62,785 bases of DNA, taken from contig JAVEZP010000005.1 of the NCBI GenBank assembly GCA_034002925.1, positions 1 through 62,785 on the forward strand. The letters run 5' to 3'. The notes below the pieces were generated by a model. That model saw only the letters and a program-made list of their open reading frames with translations, was not told the origin of the DNA and ran no database searches. The first letter of the stretch is position 1. Each line of letters begins with the position of its first letter. Both the position numbers and the translations under genes were made by a program. Shown piece after piece: positions 48,613 through 58,951 of this stretch. This stretch comes from Patescibacteria group bacterium. GTDB taxonomy: Bacteria > Patescibacteriota > Patescibacteriia > Patescibacteriales > UBA12465.

Positions 48613-49338
48613 CTAAAAAATCATTTTTTGATCTAATTTTTCTTTGGCAAAAATTTGAGCTTTGAGCAAACTATCAAAAGTACCGGCATCTAACCATTCA
48701 CCATTAACCATAGCTACCTCTAATTCTCCTTTTTTTAAATAAAGATTGTTTAAATCAGTAATTTCCAATTCCCCTCTAGAGCTAGGCGCTAAACTTTTTG
48801 CTAGTGTAACCACTTGTTGATCATAGACATAAAGACCGGTAACAGCATAATCACTTAAAAAAGTTTGAGGTTTTTCTACGATTTGCTCAGCTTTCATGTT
48901 GTCATCAAACTTTACAACTCCAAAACGAGCTGGGTCATTAACTTTTTTAGCAAAAACTTTAGCTCCTTTTTTAAAGTTAATAATATCTTGAGAAAAATCA
49001 TCTTCAAAAATATTATCACCTAAAATCATAGCCACGCTATCTCCAGCAATAAATTTCTCTCCAATTAAAAAAGCCTGGGCTAGACCTTCTGGCTTATCTT
49101 GAATTTCATAAGTAAACTTAACACCAAACTCTTTGCCACTGCCTAATAAATTAAGATAATCCCCTGCTCTTTCTGGGGCAACAATAATTAATATTTCTTT
49201 AATACCAGCTTTAATTAAAGTATTTAAAGGATAATAAATCATGGGACGATTATAAATAGGCAAAAGCTGTTTGCTAGTAATTTTTGTTAAGGGGCGCAAA
49301 CGAGTTCCGCTGCCACCTGAAAGAATAATGCCACGCAT
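48613..49338 (-). CDS. rfbA: glucose-1-phosphate thymidylyltransferase
   Basis: GIILSGGSGTRL.P.T...SKQLLP, LGDNIF, RGELEIT, WLDAGT. Confidence 0.92.
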   Translation of the reverse strand: MRGIILSGGSGTRLRPLTKITSKQLLPIYNRPMIYYPLNTLIKAGIKEILIIVAPERAGDYLNLLGSGKEFGVKFTYEIQDKPEGLAQAFLIGEKFIAGDSVAMILGDNIFEDDFSQDIINFKKGAKVFAKKVNDPARFGVVKFDDNMKAEQIVEKPQTFLSDYAVTGLYVYDQQVVTLAKSLAPSSRGELEITDLNNLYLKKGELEVAMVNGEWLDAGTFDSLLKAQIFAKEKLDQKMIF

Positions 49339-49342
49339 AAAT

Positions 49343-50221
49343 TTAATAATTATTTTCTGTTAAACTTTTTAAATATTCGTCTAAAGCTTCACGCCAAGAA
49401 CGTAACAAAGGTCGACGTGTATTGGCTAAGACGGAAAAATTGGGCCTTAAAGCCGCCCTAGGCCAATCTTCAGATTTTATTGCCTCTAATCTAAGCTCTA
49501 ATTTTAATTTTTGAAAAAGATATAAAGCCGCCTCGTGCCAAGTAGTAGCTTCGCTGTTACATAAGTGATAAATACCGCGAGGAGCTTGATCTTTATATAA
49601 TTGCCAAGAAGCTTGAGCTAAATCAGGAGTGTAAGTAAAACAACTTAATTCCCCATCAATTACCTGTAACGTATCCCGTTCTTTAGCTAATTTCATCATT
49701 AAGTCAAAAAAACTAGGCTTAACAAAATTACCAGATCCTAAGGGACCAAATAGTTTAGAGGTGCGGACTAAATAATATTCTAAGCCCAACAAAGCTCGTT
49801 TAGCAATTTCTTTTTCTCCCGCTACTTTACTACGACCATATTCATTAACGGGACAAGCCTGATCTAGCTCTTGATAGGGACGAGTAAGTCGATTATCACC
49901 ACCAAAGACATAATCAGTGGAATAGTGTATTAACTTAATTCCCTTTTCTAAAGCATAATTTGCTAAAAAAGCCGGTAAATCACGATTTAATTTATAAGCT
50001 AAAACTTTAGCCTCTTCATCGTTTTCACAATTATCAACCGCATTATAGGCTGCAGCATTAATAATTAAAGACGCCTGAGTTTTATCTAATTTTTTAGCTA
50101 AGAGTTTAAAATCCAAAAAATCAAAATCAATATGATCCCAAGCAGCCTCTAATTCATTAACAAAGGCTTTTTTTAATTGTTGCCCCAAGTTTCCTTGGGA
50201 ACCTAAAATAATAATTGACAT
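49343..50221 (-). CDS. rfbD: dTDP-4-dehydrorhamnose reductase
   Basis: GSQGNLG, AAYNAVD, STDYVF, YGRSK. Confidence 0.88.
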   Translation of the reverse strand: MSIIILGSQGNLGQQLKKAFVNELEAAWDHIDFDFLDFKLLAKKLDKTQASLIINAAAYNAVDNCENDEEAKVLAYKLNRDLPAFLANYALEKGIKLIHYSTDYVFGGDNRLTRPYQELDQACPVNEYGRSKVAGEKEIAKRALLGLEYYLVRTSKLFGPLGSGNFVKPSFFDLMMKLAKERDTLQVIDGELSCFTYTPDLAQASWQLYKDQAPRGIYHLCNSEATTWHEAALYLFQKLKLELRLEAIKSEDWPRAALRPNFSVLANTRRPLLRSWREALDEYLKSLTENNY

Positions 50222-50256
50222 ATAATGAGTATAGCGAAAATAAGGAAGAAAGCAAG

Positions 50257-50280
50257 AAAAAACGCCTTAATTATAAGGCG
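50257..50280 (-). terminator. terminator after murF
   Basis: CGCCTTA/TAAGGCG with a T-run on the minus strand. Confidence 0.7.
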
Positions 50281-50294
50281 CTTATGACTATCAA

Positions 50295-51578
50295 CTATTG
50301 CCAAATACTATCCTGGCGCACTAATAATTCACGCGCACGTTCTGGCTCTGCCATTAATTCTTTAACAATTTTTTCCATTCTCATGCCTTGAGAACCTTTA
50401 ATCAACAATAAATCACCTTCTTGTAAACGATTCTGCACAAAACGACCAGCTTCTTCAACATTATCAAAATGATAAATACAATCAGCACTCATACCAGCTT
50501 GTTTAGCTCCACGATCAATATCGCGTGATCTTTCACCTACGCTCACCAAATAGTCTATATTTAAATCACTAATTTCTTTACCAACGACACGGTGACCCTC
50601 TTCACTATAAGAACCTATTTCTAACATATCTCCTAAAATCGCATATTTTTTAGCTTGTCCAGATAAAGTCATAGACCCTAATAATTTCACAGCTGATAAA
50701 GTAGATTCTGGTGAAGCGTTATAGGTGTCATCAATAATAAAAGTGTGTTTTATCCCCGCTAACAAACTCATTCTTCCTGAAGGGGTTTGCAAACGAGGCG
50801 CTAAAGCGGCAATATCCATTAAATTCATACCATAATGTAGAGCGACTGCAGCAGCAGCTAAAAAAGCATAAACACCAGTTTCACTTAATAATTCAGGCAT
50901 TGAAACTGGCACTAAACTGCCTTGATAATTTAATTTAAAATTAATTCCAGAAAATTCATACGGAGTGGTTTGAAATTGATGTTTTAAATCTTGAGCTTTT
51001 AAATCCGCTCCTTCCTGAAAACCATAACTTAGCACCCTAGCTTTACTCACGCTTGCCATTGATCGCACATCTTCATTATCATAATTTAAAACGCTCAAAC
51101 CTTGACGACCAACCGCTTCAATTAAAACTTGTTTTTCTTTTTTAATATTCTGCAAACTCCCAAAATATTCCATGTGAGAATGACTTAAAGCGGTCATAAT
51201 AGCAATTTTCGGTGGCGCCAAACGCACTAAATAAGACATGTCTCCTGGACGATCTATACCCATTTCTAAAATTAAAATTTTAGGATAATTAGCTTGATAA
51301 AAAAATAAGAGCTTAAATGCTTGGAGAAATACTGCAAACCAACCATACAAAGAAGATCCCGGAGAATCAGCACCAATAATAGTGAGAGGCACTCCAATTT
51401 CATTATTATAATTTTTATGTGTCGCTCTCACCACAAAACGACTAGATAAAATTAAAGCCAAAGCTTCTTTAGCGCTAGTTTTGCCCACAGAGCCACTAAT
51501 TGCAATAATATCAGGCTGATATTTTTTTAAAATTAAACGACTCAGTAATTTTAATTTTAGTTGTAATAATTTACGCAT
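50295..51578 (-). CDS. murF: UDP-MurNAc-tripeptide--D-Ala-D-Ala ligase
   Basis: SGSVGKT, NNEIGVP, DDTYNASP, GDMLE.G, KGSQ. Confidence 0.9.
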   Translation of the reverse strand: MRKLLQLKLKLLSRLILKKYQPDIIAISGSVGKTSAKEALALILSSRFVVRATHKNYNNEIGVPLTIIGADSPGSSLYGWFAVFLQAFKLLFFYQANYPKILILEMGIDRPGDMSYLVRLAPPKIAIMTALSHSHMEYFGSLQNIKKEKQVLIEAVGRQGLSVLNYDNEDVRSMASVSKARVLSYGFQEGADLKAQDLKHQFQTTPYEFSGINFKLNYQGSLVPVSMPELLSETGVYAFLAAAAVALHYGMNLMDIAALAPRLQTPSGRMSLLAGIKHTFIIDDTYNASPESTLSAVKLLGSMTLSGQAKKYAILGDMLEIGSYSEEGHRVVGKEISDLNIDYLVSVGERSRDIDRGAKQAGMSADCIYHFDNVEEAGRFVQNRLQEGDLLLIKGSQGMRMEKIVKELMAEPERARELLVRQDSIWQ

Positions 51579-51581
51579 ATA

Positions 51582-53663
51582 CTATTCTGATCTTGTTTTA
51601 GGAACTTGATAATATTTTAACATAAAATCTGCCACATCATGCCATAAAGGCACTACTGTACTTTCTGCAAATTTTGCTCCTTGAGGAGCATCTAAACGAG
51701 TTAACATCACGATTTGCGGATCTTCAATCGGAGCAACGCCAATAAAAGTATGAATATATTTATCTGCACTATAACCACCAGCAATGGCTACCTGAGCAGT
51801 GCCCGTTTTGCCACCAATATAATATCCAGGAATTTGAGCGCCTTTCGCATGTCCATTCTCCACCACGTTAACCATCATTGCCAAGACTGTATTAGCTGTC
51901 TGACTAGATACTGCCCGACTCACTGCTTGTGGCTTCATAACATCGACTTTGCCATCACTATGTCTAATTTCTTGTACAATATAAGGTTTCATGAGCACTC
52001 CCTGATTGGCTAAAGCCTGATAAGACATTAACATCTGTAAAGAGGTCACAGCAATACCTTGACCAAAAGAGGCGGTAGCCGCATCAATTTCTCGTACACG
52101 ATTACGTAATAGATTATCAATATTGCCCGCACTTTCTGCTCCTAGCTCAATCCCACTTTTTTCACCAAAACCAAATTTTTTCACATAATCAGCAAAAACA
52201 TTAGGACCAATTTTCAACATCGCAAAGATAGAGCCTGTATTTAAAGAATTTTCTAAAACATAATTCATATCTACTAATCCATGTGGCCCCTTAGTACTAA
52301 AATCCGAATTGCTAATTGGCTTAGGCCAACCTTTAATCATAATTTGTCCTTCGTCGCGATAAGTTGTCGAGGGGCTAATTTGAGCACCATCAATGGCTGC
52401 TGCCATAGTCACTACTTTAAATACTGAGCCAGGTTCATATTGATATAAAATAGCAGGATTATTGTATAACGCAATATCCTCAACTTCGCGATAATTATTA
52501 GGATCAAAACTAGGTAAAGAGCAAATAGCTAAAATAGCTCCTGTTTTGGCCTGAACAGCAATAACAGTTCCACTTTCAGCTTGATGTTTTTCAATAGCTG
52601 CTTTTAATAATGCACAAGCTTGAAATTGCACCCCACGATCCATAGTTAAGATTAAATCACTACCACTCTGCGCCTTCACATATTCACGATCGTTTACAAT
52701 TACTGTATTAGCTCCGCCTCTTTCACTTTTTAAATAACCTGCTTTACCGGTTAATTCCGAATTGAAAAATTCTTCCAAACCGTAATTTCCAGTCATGCCA
52801 TCATCAGAAGCACTCACAAAGCCAACAATATTACCAGCTAATTCCTTTTCTGGATAAAAACGATGACTCTTAAGATGAAAAGAAATGCCAGGAAGAATTA
52901 ATTCACTTTCATCTTCTTTAATAATAATTTTTTCTAAACGCCTCTCTAAATCATTGGCTGAAATGACGCGATCATCACTAGAAGCAATTAAAGCATACAA
53001 GGCTAATAAATCTTCATCACTCACCTTGTCTTTAATCGGCTCATAAGGATCACCAGGCTTATCTAATCTCTTGAGATAATTAGGTAAAATTTCCTTTTTT
53101 TTAGCTTCTAGTTTTTGAGCAATTAAAGCTGATCTGATTTCTTGCCATTCCTTACTATTGCGTTTTGCCTGGGACAAAGATTCTAAATTTTTGATTTGAT
53201 TATCTTTTTCTTCATCATTAATATTCTCTTGTTTTTTAATAACAGCAATCTCTTGTAATAAAGAATCTAAATCTTGTTTATCTAATTCCTCTTCTAATTC
53301 TTTGATAATTTCTTTTTGATCAAAAACAATAAATAATTTTTCTGCAATCATGACTGGGTCTTTTACTTCTTGAGGAACTGCATAAATAAAAGCAAAATCT
53401 TTATTTGTCGCTAAGGGAAACAGATGATCTTTGCCATTTAATTGTTCATGCAACATAATGCTACCACGACTAGGATGCAATAAATTAGAAACAGAGTGTT
53501 GTCGAGAGGCCAAAGCATCATACCAATCACCTTGAGCAATTTGTAAAAAATATAAACGATAGATTAAAGCGCCTAAAAATAAAAAAATCAGCGTCGCGAA
53601 CAAACGCAAACGCGGATTCATTTTTTGTTTATTCTCTTTCTTAGGCTTATAATCGCGCCACAT
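51582..53663 (-). CDS. ftsI: class B penicillin-binding protein (FtsI-like)
   Basis: YEPGSVFK, SLN, KTGTAQ; position in dcw cluster. Confidence 0.88.
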   Translation of the reverse strand: MWRDYKPKKENKQKMNPRLRLFATLIFLFLGALIYRLYFLQIAQGDWYDALASRQHSVSNLLHPSRGSIMLHEQLNGKDHLFPLATNKDFAFIYAVPQEVKDPVMIAEKLFIVFDQKEIIKELEEELDKQDLDSLLQEIAVIKKQENINDEEKDNQIKNLESLSQAKRNSKEWQEIRSALIAQKLEAKKKEILPNYLKRLDKPGDPYEPIKDKVSDEDLLALYALIASSDDRVISANDLERRLEKIIIKEDESELILPGISFHLKSHRFYPEKELAGNIVGFVSASDDGMTGNYGLEEFFNSELTGKAGYLKSERGGANTVIVNDREYVKAQSGSDLILTMDRGVQFQACALLKAAIEKHQAESGTVIAVQAKTGAILAICSLPSFDPNNYREVEDIALYNNPAILYQYEPGSVFKVVTMAAAIDGAQISPSTTYRDEGQIMIKGWPKPISNSDFSTKGPHGLVDMNYVLENSLNTGSIFAMLKIGPNVFADYVKKFGFGEKSGIELGAESAGNIDNLLRNRVREIDAATASFGQGIAVTSLQMLMSYQALANQGVLMKPYIVQEIRHSDGKVDVMKPQAVSRAVSSQTANTVLAMMVNVVENGHAKGAQIPGYYIGGKTGTAQVAIAGGYSADKYIHTFIGVAPIEDPQIVMLTRLDAPQGAKFAESTVVPLWHDVADFMLKYYQVPKTRSE

Positions 53664-53667
53664 AGCT

Positions 53668-54000
53668 TTACTTCTTAGCTACCACGGCTGCTTGCGGATT
53701 GAGATATAAAATATTCTCCACCGCTACCATTTCTAAATCATCTAAACGAGGAGAAAGAGCTGTATAAGACTGTAAATGCAAAGCCTTAGCATGTAAATCT
53801 TGGTTTTCTTCTGCTAACACGCTCACTTTGTTTTTCAAATCTTTTAACTCAAAGCCCTTCACTGTTAAGTCATTCATGCCAATTAAATAGAAAATTCCTG
53901 AAACAAAGCACGCCATCACCAAAAAAACACTTAGTCCAGGCAACCAAAAAGATTTTCCTTTCTTTTGATTAGTTTGCAATTTATGATCGCGTATGTTCAT
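53668..54000 (-). CDS. ftsL: FtsL-like bitopic coiled-coil protein
   Basis: TM helix plus coiled coil, located between rsmH and ftsI. Confidence 0.6.
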   Translation of the reverse strand: MNIRDHKLQTNQKKGKSFWLPGLSVFLVMACFVSGIFYLIGMNDLTVKGFELKDLKNKVSVLAEENQDLHAKALHLQSYTALSPRLDDLEMVAVENILYLNPQAAVVAKK

Positions 54001-54042
54001 ATTTTTCTAGAAGCCGCTCAAACGGCTATTAAATGAAAATTA

Positions 54043-54978
54043 TCAAATTTTTTCAGCAATTCTCAACTTAGCACTACGGGAACGAGGATTATTTTCTAAC
54101 TCTTCTATCGTGGCAGTGATGGGTTTTTTATTAATTATTTTAAAACTAGCCTGATGCTGACAAACACAAAGAGGAATATTCGGTGGGCAGATACAATCTC
54201 GACTTTCATGACGTAAATAATTTTTTACCAGCCTATCTTCACCACTATGAAAGGAAACTACCACTAAACGTCCACCTGGTAATAACACTGCACGAGCAGC
54301 CTCTAAAACTTCTTTTAAACTATTAAATTCATCATTAGTTGCAATTCGTAAAGCCTGAAAAATCTTAGTGGCAGGATGGATTTTTTGCCCTCTTCTTAGT
54401 GGATTCACAGTTGTAATAATATTAACTAAGGTTTCCGTATCTTTGATTGGTTTTAATAAACGCTTTTTATAAATAGCCCGAGCGATTTGATAAGCCCTTG
54501 GCTCTTCACCGTATTCTCGAAATATTCGACTTAATTCATTAATACTAGCCGTATTTAATAAATGTTCTGTTTCTGATCCATCCACTCCAAAGGCCATATT
54601 AAGCGGTCTTTTACCCTGAAAAGAGAAACCCCTGCTTTCATCATCTAACTGAGCAGATGAGAGACCAAGATCAAGCACAATCCCGCTCACATTTCTCCCT
54701 ATCTCTAATTCTTCAATGATATCTTTTAAATGACGGAAATTATTATGAACTAAAACTACATTATCAATCTTTTCTTTTTTAAAAATTTTCTTAGCATTAT
54801 TAATTGCTAACAAATCCGCATCAATCGCAATTAACTTAGCCTTCTCTCCTATTGCCTTAGCTATAGCTGTGCTATAACCCGCCCCTCCTAAAGTACAATC
54901 AACATAACACGCCCCTTCTTTTAAGTTTAAAGCTTCTAAAACTTCATTTAATAAAACTGGAACATGCTTATATTCCAT
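54043..54978 (-). CDS. rsmH: 16S rRNA C1402 N4-methyltransferase
   Basis: HVPVLL.E, DLGLSS.QLD...RGFSF, FQALRI, NPRSRSAKLR. Confidence 0.97.
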   Translation of the reverse strand: MEYKHVPVLLNEVLEALNLKEGACYVDCTLGGAGYSTAIAKAIGEKAKLIAIDADLLAINNAKKIFKKEKIDNVVLVHNNFRHLKDIIEELEIGRNVSGIVLDLGLSSAQLDDESRGFSFQGKRPLNMAFGVDGSETEHLLNTASINELSRIFREYGEEPRAYQIARAIYKKRLLKPIKDTETLVNIITTVNPLRRGQKIHPATKIFQALRIATNDEFNSLKEVLEAARAVLLPGGRLVVVSFHSGEDRLVKNYLRHESRDCICPPNIPLCVCQHQASFKIINKKPITATIEELENNPRSRSAKLRIAEKI

Positions 54979-54981
54979 ATT

Positions 54982-55413
54982 TTAAATACCTAAATCACCA
55001 AGCTCTTCGGCAATACTATTACTATTTTTTTCTGCTTCTTGTTTATAATTTTGCCAAGCTTTTTCATCCCAAATTTCTAAATGATTATATAGACCAGCAA
55101 TAATAATACCTTTTTTTAAACCAGAAAACTGACGTAAATATTCTGGCAAAGTCACCCTGCCCTGATTATCAAAGCTAAGATCCATTGCTCCAGCTAACAT
55201 ATGACGAGCAAAAGCCCTAGCCTTAGCTTGGCTAATTGGCAAAGAGGCGAACTTCTGAGCAATTTTTTGAAACTGTTCTTTGGAATATAAAAATAAACAG
55301 TTGTCCAAACCTTTGGTAACAACTGCTCCTTTTTTTAAGACAGCTCTAAACTTAGCGGGAATCGCTAAGCGTCCTTTGTCATCTAAATTATGATTGTATT
55401 CACCGATAAACAT
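54982..55413 (-). CDS. mraZ: dcw cluster repressor MraZ (start revised to MFIGEY)
   Basis: DDKGRL.IP and DNQGRV.LP AbrB-like repeats. Confidence 0.97.
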   Translation of the reverse strand: MFIGEYNHNLDDKGRLAIPAKFRAVLKKGAVVTKGLDNCLFLYSKEQFQKIAQKFASLPISQAKARAFARHMLAGAMDLSFDNQGRVTLPEYLRQFSGLKKGIIIAGLYNHLEIWDEKAWQNYKQEAEKNSNSIAEELGDLGI

Positions 55414-55447
55414 AGGCCCGATAGTAGTGGATAAAGTGTCAACATCT

Positions 55448-55477
55448 ATTTCACCACTCTTCCCCACTTTTCACCTT
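55448..55477 (-). promoter_or_regulatory. MraZ-binding repeats
   Basis: AAGGTGAAAA-GTGGGGAAGA-GTGGTGAAAT, 10-bp period. Confidence 0.75.
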
Positions 55478-55486
55478 AATGATTTA

Positions 55487-55515
55487 ATTATACACCACTA
55501 AGCCCCTCGGGTCAA
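55487..55515 (-). promoter_or_regulatory. sigma70 promoter of the mraZ operon
   Basis: TTGACC-17 nt-TATAAT. Confidence 0.8.
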
Positions 55516-55609
55516 CCATTATAAATTATTTAATATAAGCATAAAAAATATAAAAAAACACCTTTTTCCACAAGGTATTTTAAAAAGCTTAAAAATTAAA
55601 CAAAAGTTA

Positions 55610-55981
55610 TCAACAGTTATTCTTAACAGCTATGCCGATATTAGGCTCAGAATCATAGACAGGCTGAACAGCCGCACCACCATCAAAAGGAATCGCTTTC
55701 ATGCCATTTATATCTTCAATAGGAATTTTTAAAGCATAAGCTAGAGCGTTCGCAGTTAAGACGCCAATTCGTAAAGAAGTAAAACCGCCCCCTTGAGCAG
55801 CTACTTTAATCAAAGTTAAATCAGACCAAGTCAAATTATGTTTTTCTAAAGTATTTAAAATTAGAGGCAATAATTTTTCTGATTGCAAACGCAAAGCTTT
55901 AACACGACGTTTAATTGAAATTTTTCCTTCTAATTTAAGATTAATAAAGTTATCTTCAGTTGTATCAATGGTTAAAGTCAT
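55610..55981 (-). CDS. tsaB: short TsaB (t6A biosynthesis)
   Basis: TIDT, QSEKLLP.I, GGGFTSLRIG...AN.LA; only 123 aa. Confidence 0.85.
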   Translation of the reverse strand: MTLTIDTTEDNFINLKLEGKISIKRRVKALRLQSEKLLPLILNTLEKHNLTWSDLTLIKVAAQGGGFTSLRIGVLTANALAYALKIPIEDINGMKAIPFDGGAAVQPVYDSEPNIGIAVKNNC

Positions 55982-55982
55982 A

Positions 55983-57386
55983 TTATATTTTTTTCACAAC
56001 TTGACCATCAGCACTGTCTTCAAGTAAAAAACCTTGTTTCGCTATTTGTTCTCGCAGCTTATCAGCTAATGCCCAATCTTTATTTAAGCGCGCCTCTTCA
56101 CGTTTGGTCAATAACAATTGAATATCATTAGGAAGCTTATCGATAATAACCATGCTTTCTTGCTGCTCTGCTCCTATTTTTAAAGATAAGCCTAAGACTT
56201 GATCAAAATCTAAAACCGTGGCTAATTTTATATCATTACTAAGCTGACTTTTTAACACTTTAAACAGCACGGCCAAAGCTTGTGGCATATTCAAATCATC
56301 ATTAATCGCTTGTAAAAATTCTTTCCTAAAATTATCATCAATTTCTCCCACTTGCATTCCTAAGGCATGGATTTGTTTATATAAAGAATCTAAAACAGTT
56401 TCTGCTTGCAATAAGGATTGTTCACTATACTCCATGGGTTTACGATAGTGCACCTGCAAAGCAGCTAAACGAAAAGCTAAAGGATTAATTTTTTTATCCA
56501 CTAAAGCTTTTTGTAAAGTCAAAAATCCCCCCTCACTCTTAGCCATTTTTTTACCTCCTGTAATATTTAAAAAAGCTCCATGTAGCCAATAATTAAAAAA
56601 CTTCTTACCAGTAGCCGCCTCACTTTGAGCAATTTCATTAGTATGATGAACGTTAATATGATCAATGCCGCCACAGTGAATATCTAATTTGTTTCCCAAG
56701 TATTTCAAACTCATCGCTGAACATTCTAAATGCCAACCAGGAAAGCCCAAACCCCAAGGGGATGGCCATTCCATTTGTCTTTTACTATCTGATGGAGAAA
56801 ATTTCCAGACAGCAAAATCGGTCGGATTTTTTTTCTCTGGATGTTTTTCAACACGAGCCCCTTCCTTTAGATCCTGTAAAGGTAAGTGGCTCAATTTATT
56901 ATATTGAGGAAATTTAGCTGTATCAAAATAAAGTCCATCAGTTGTTTTATAAATATAACCCTTAGCTTCTAAAACTTTAACTAACTCAATCTGCTCCTCT
57001 ATATTATCAGTTGCCTTACACCATATATCAGGTGCTAAAATATTTAACAACTTAATATCTTCTTTAAATGCTTCGGTATAATAAGCAGCAATATCCCAAG
57101 CACTACGTCCTTCTCTTATAGCTCCCGCTTCCATTTTATCCTCTCCTAAATCCATATCACCGCTTAAATGGCCCACGTCTGTAATATTCATGACTCGCTT
57201 TAAATGATAGCCATTATATAATAGAGTGCGTACTAAAAAATCTTCAAATAAATAAGTGCGCAAATTACCTAAATGCGCAAAATTATAAACAGTTGGACCG
57301 CAAGTATAAAGACCCACTTCCTGCGAATCAAGCGCAATAAATTTTTCTTTTTTTCTACTTAAACTATTGTATAAATATAAATCCAT
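55983..57386 (-). CDS. cysS: cysteinyl-tRNA synthetase
   Basis: YTCGPTVY..AHLGN, PGWHLEC, KMAKS. Confidence 0.97.
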   Translation of the reverse strand: MDLYLYNSLSRKKEKFIALDSQEVGLYTCGPTVYNFAHLGNLRTYLFEDFLVRTLLYNGYHLKRVMNITDVGHLSGDMDLGEDKMEAGAIREGRSAWDIAAYYTEAFKEDIKLLNILAPDIWCKATDNIEEQIELVKVLEAKGYIYKTTDGLYFDTAKFPQYNKLSHLPLQDLKEGARVEKHPEKKNPTDFAVWKFSPSDSKRQMEWPSPWGLGFPGWHLECSAMSLKYLGNKLDIHCGGIDHINVHHTNEIAQSEAATGKKFFNYWLHGAFLNITGGKKMAKSEGGFLTLQKALVDKKINPLAFRLAALQVHYRKPMEYSEQSLLQAETVLDSLYKQIHALGMQVGEIDDNFRKEFLQAINDDLNMPQALAVLFKVLKSQLSNDIKLATVLDFDQVLGLSLKIGAEQQESMVIIDKLPNDIQLLLTKREEARLNKDWALADKLREQIAKQGFLLEDSADGQVVKKI

Positions 57387-57387
57387 A

Positions 57388-58218
57388 TTAATTAATTTCA
57401 GACCAATTATTAATTACTGTTTTAAAATTATCAATGTTAGCTTGTAAAGAAGGGTCTAAATTAAGAGTCTCATAAGAAGATATTTGCTCTAACAAAGAAG
57501 TTTGTAAACGTGAAAAAATTACTTGTTCCGACTCATTTTTATCTTCACTTTCTAGACTATTAACTAAAGTCACTAACTCTTCTTTCTTTAAAGATAAATA
57601 AAAAGCAGGAATAGCTTTTAAGCTATCTCTTAATAAAGAACCATCCTGAAAACGAGCACCATATTTTAAACGAAAACCTCCTTTTAACATTTGTCGCTTA
57701 ATTTTTTCCTCTTTTTTACTTGGTCCTTGGTGATGACTACCCTCTATTACTTCATCAATACCACAAACGACATTACCGCTCACGCGATCTAAAATTAACT
57801 GATCTACACCATGATTATAATCATCATAAGCAGAAGCTCGTACCACTAAAAAATTCTTAGGTAAAAATTTATTTAACATTAAAGTTAAAGTCATTTCTGC
57901 TAAATTAGCTGGATTTCTTTCTTTGTCATGGCGCCACTGTGCTAAATCCTTACCGCTTTCTCTGGCCCATTGCTCTTCTTGTTGTCTCACTAAAGATTCA
58001 TCACTAGCACGATCTGGATGGTCAAAAAAATTCATCACCGCTTGATTATTTAACCAATTATCACCAACTAAATCATTATATTCTGCAGCCTGATCTTTTA
58101 ATAATTTTTGACAAATAGCTAATGCTTTTTCTGGCTGTAATCTTTCTTTTTCAGACTTAAAAGATGAGACATCAATCTTTGATCCTGGCTCTAAATTGTT
58201 TAAATAATCTATTTTCAT
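57388..58218 (-). CDS. conserved hypothetical protein
   Basis: Long coupled ORF with VVRAS.YDD...GVD.LI.D motif. Confidence 0.7.
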   Translation of the reverse strand: MKIDYLNNLEPGSKIDVSSFKSEKERLQPEKALAICQKLLKDQAAEYNDLVGDNWLNNQAVMNFFDHPDRASDESLVRQQEEQWARESGKDLAQWRHDKERNPANLAEMTLTLMLNKFLPKNFLVVRASAYDDYNHGVDQLILDRVSGNVVCGIDEVIEGSHHQGPSKKEEKIKRQMLKGGFRLKYGARFQDGSLLRDSLKAIPAFYLSLKKEELVTLVNSLESEDKNESEQVIFSRLQTSLLEQISSYETLNLDPSLQANIDNFKTVINNWSEIN

Positions 58219-58850
58219 AACTCAGGAGAGCTAGTTAATATAATGGGATAAGAAATTTGAGCATCGTGCTCAACTAAACCAGAAGGATTATCTTTGCGTA
58301 AAATTAATTCCCCAGATTGTTCTCTATCTATTTCAAAAATTAAATCTATCACAAAAGGCACCATTTCTGTAGTCATCCAATCAGACTCAGCTTGAGCGTA
58401 TGTTTCTAAAATCACATCACCTTGACTATTTTTTAGCACCACTGGAAAACTAGCTTCAAAATACCAGGACCCAGGAGCTTCGCCTGTTAACTGATAAGGA
58501 CTAGTTATAACTTGATTTAAATCAAAATTATTCAACTGAGGCCATACAGCAACAAGCTGATTAACTTCCGACAGTTCATCATCGTCTAGATTAATATTTT
58601 CATTCTTAACCATTTGCTCATCATTTTCATCATTAGTATTATTAAATATTGCATCTAATTCTTTTAATTCGATATCTATACTAAATTCATCTACGCAATC
58701 TTTTTTTGGTTTTGGCTTATTTGGCTCTCCTTGAGCCTGCCACTGCCCTTCACGACAAACCCAGCGATTTGATGGAGTAATAATAACTAACACCAAAGCG
58801 CTCATAATCATAATAACTAAAATAGCCAGAAGAAAATAAGATTTTTTCAT
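58215..58850 (-). CDS. Gmad2 immunoglobulin-like domain protein
   Basis: TM anchor, W.C..G.W...G.P, SP..L.GEA.G.W.FEASF, L.KDNPSG. Confidence 0.8.
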   Translation of the reverse strand: MKKSYFLLAILVIMIMSALVLVIITPSNRWVCREGQWQAQGEPNKPKPKKDCVDEFSIDIELKELDAIFNNTNDENDEQMVKNENINLDDDELSEVNQLVAVWPQLNNFDLNQVITSPYQLTGEAPGSWYFEASFPVVLKNSQGDVILETYAQAESDWMTTEMVPFVIDLIFEIDREQSGELILRKDNPSGLVEHDAQISYPIILTSSPEL

Positions 58851-58916
58851 ATCTATTGATAAAAACTAATATAATTGTAGCACAGACTAGTAAAAAATCT
58901 ATAACTTGAAAATATC

Positions 58917-58945
58917 TTGACATAAAATTAAATATATAGTATATT
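58917..58945 (+). promoter_or_regulatory. sigma70 promoter with no downstream ORF
   Basis: TTGACA-17 nt-TATATT. Confidence 0.65.
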
Positions 58946-58951
58946 TAATTC

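Noticed and set aside
55420..55620. oriC
   Set aside because: Only three imperfect DnaA boxes, no dnaA or dnaN, and no change in gene orientation
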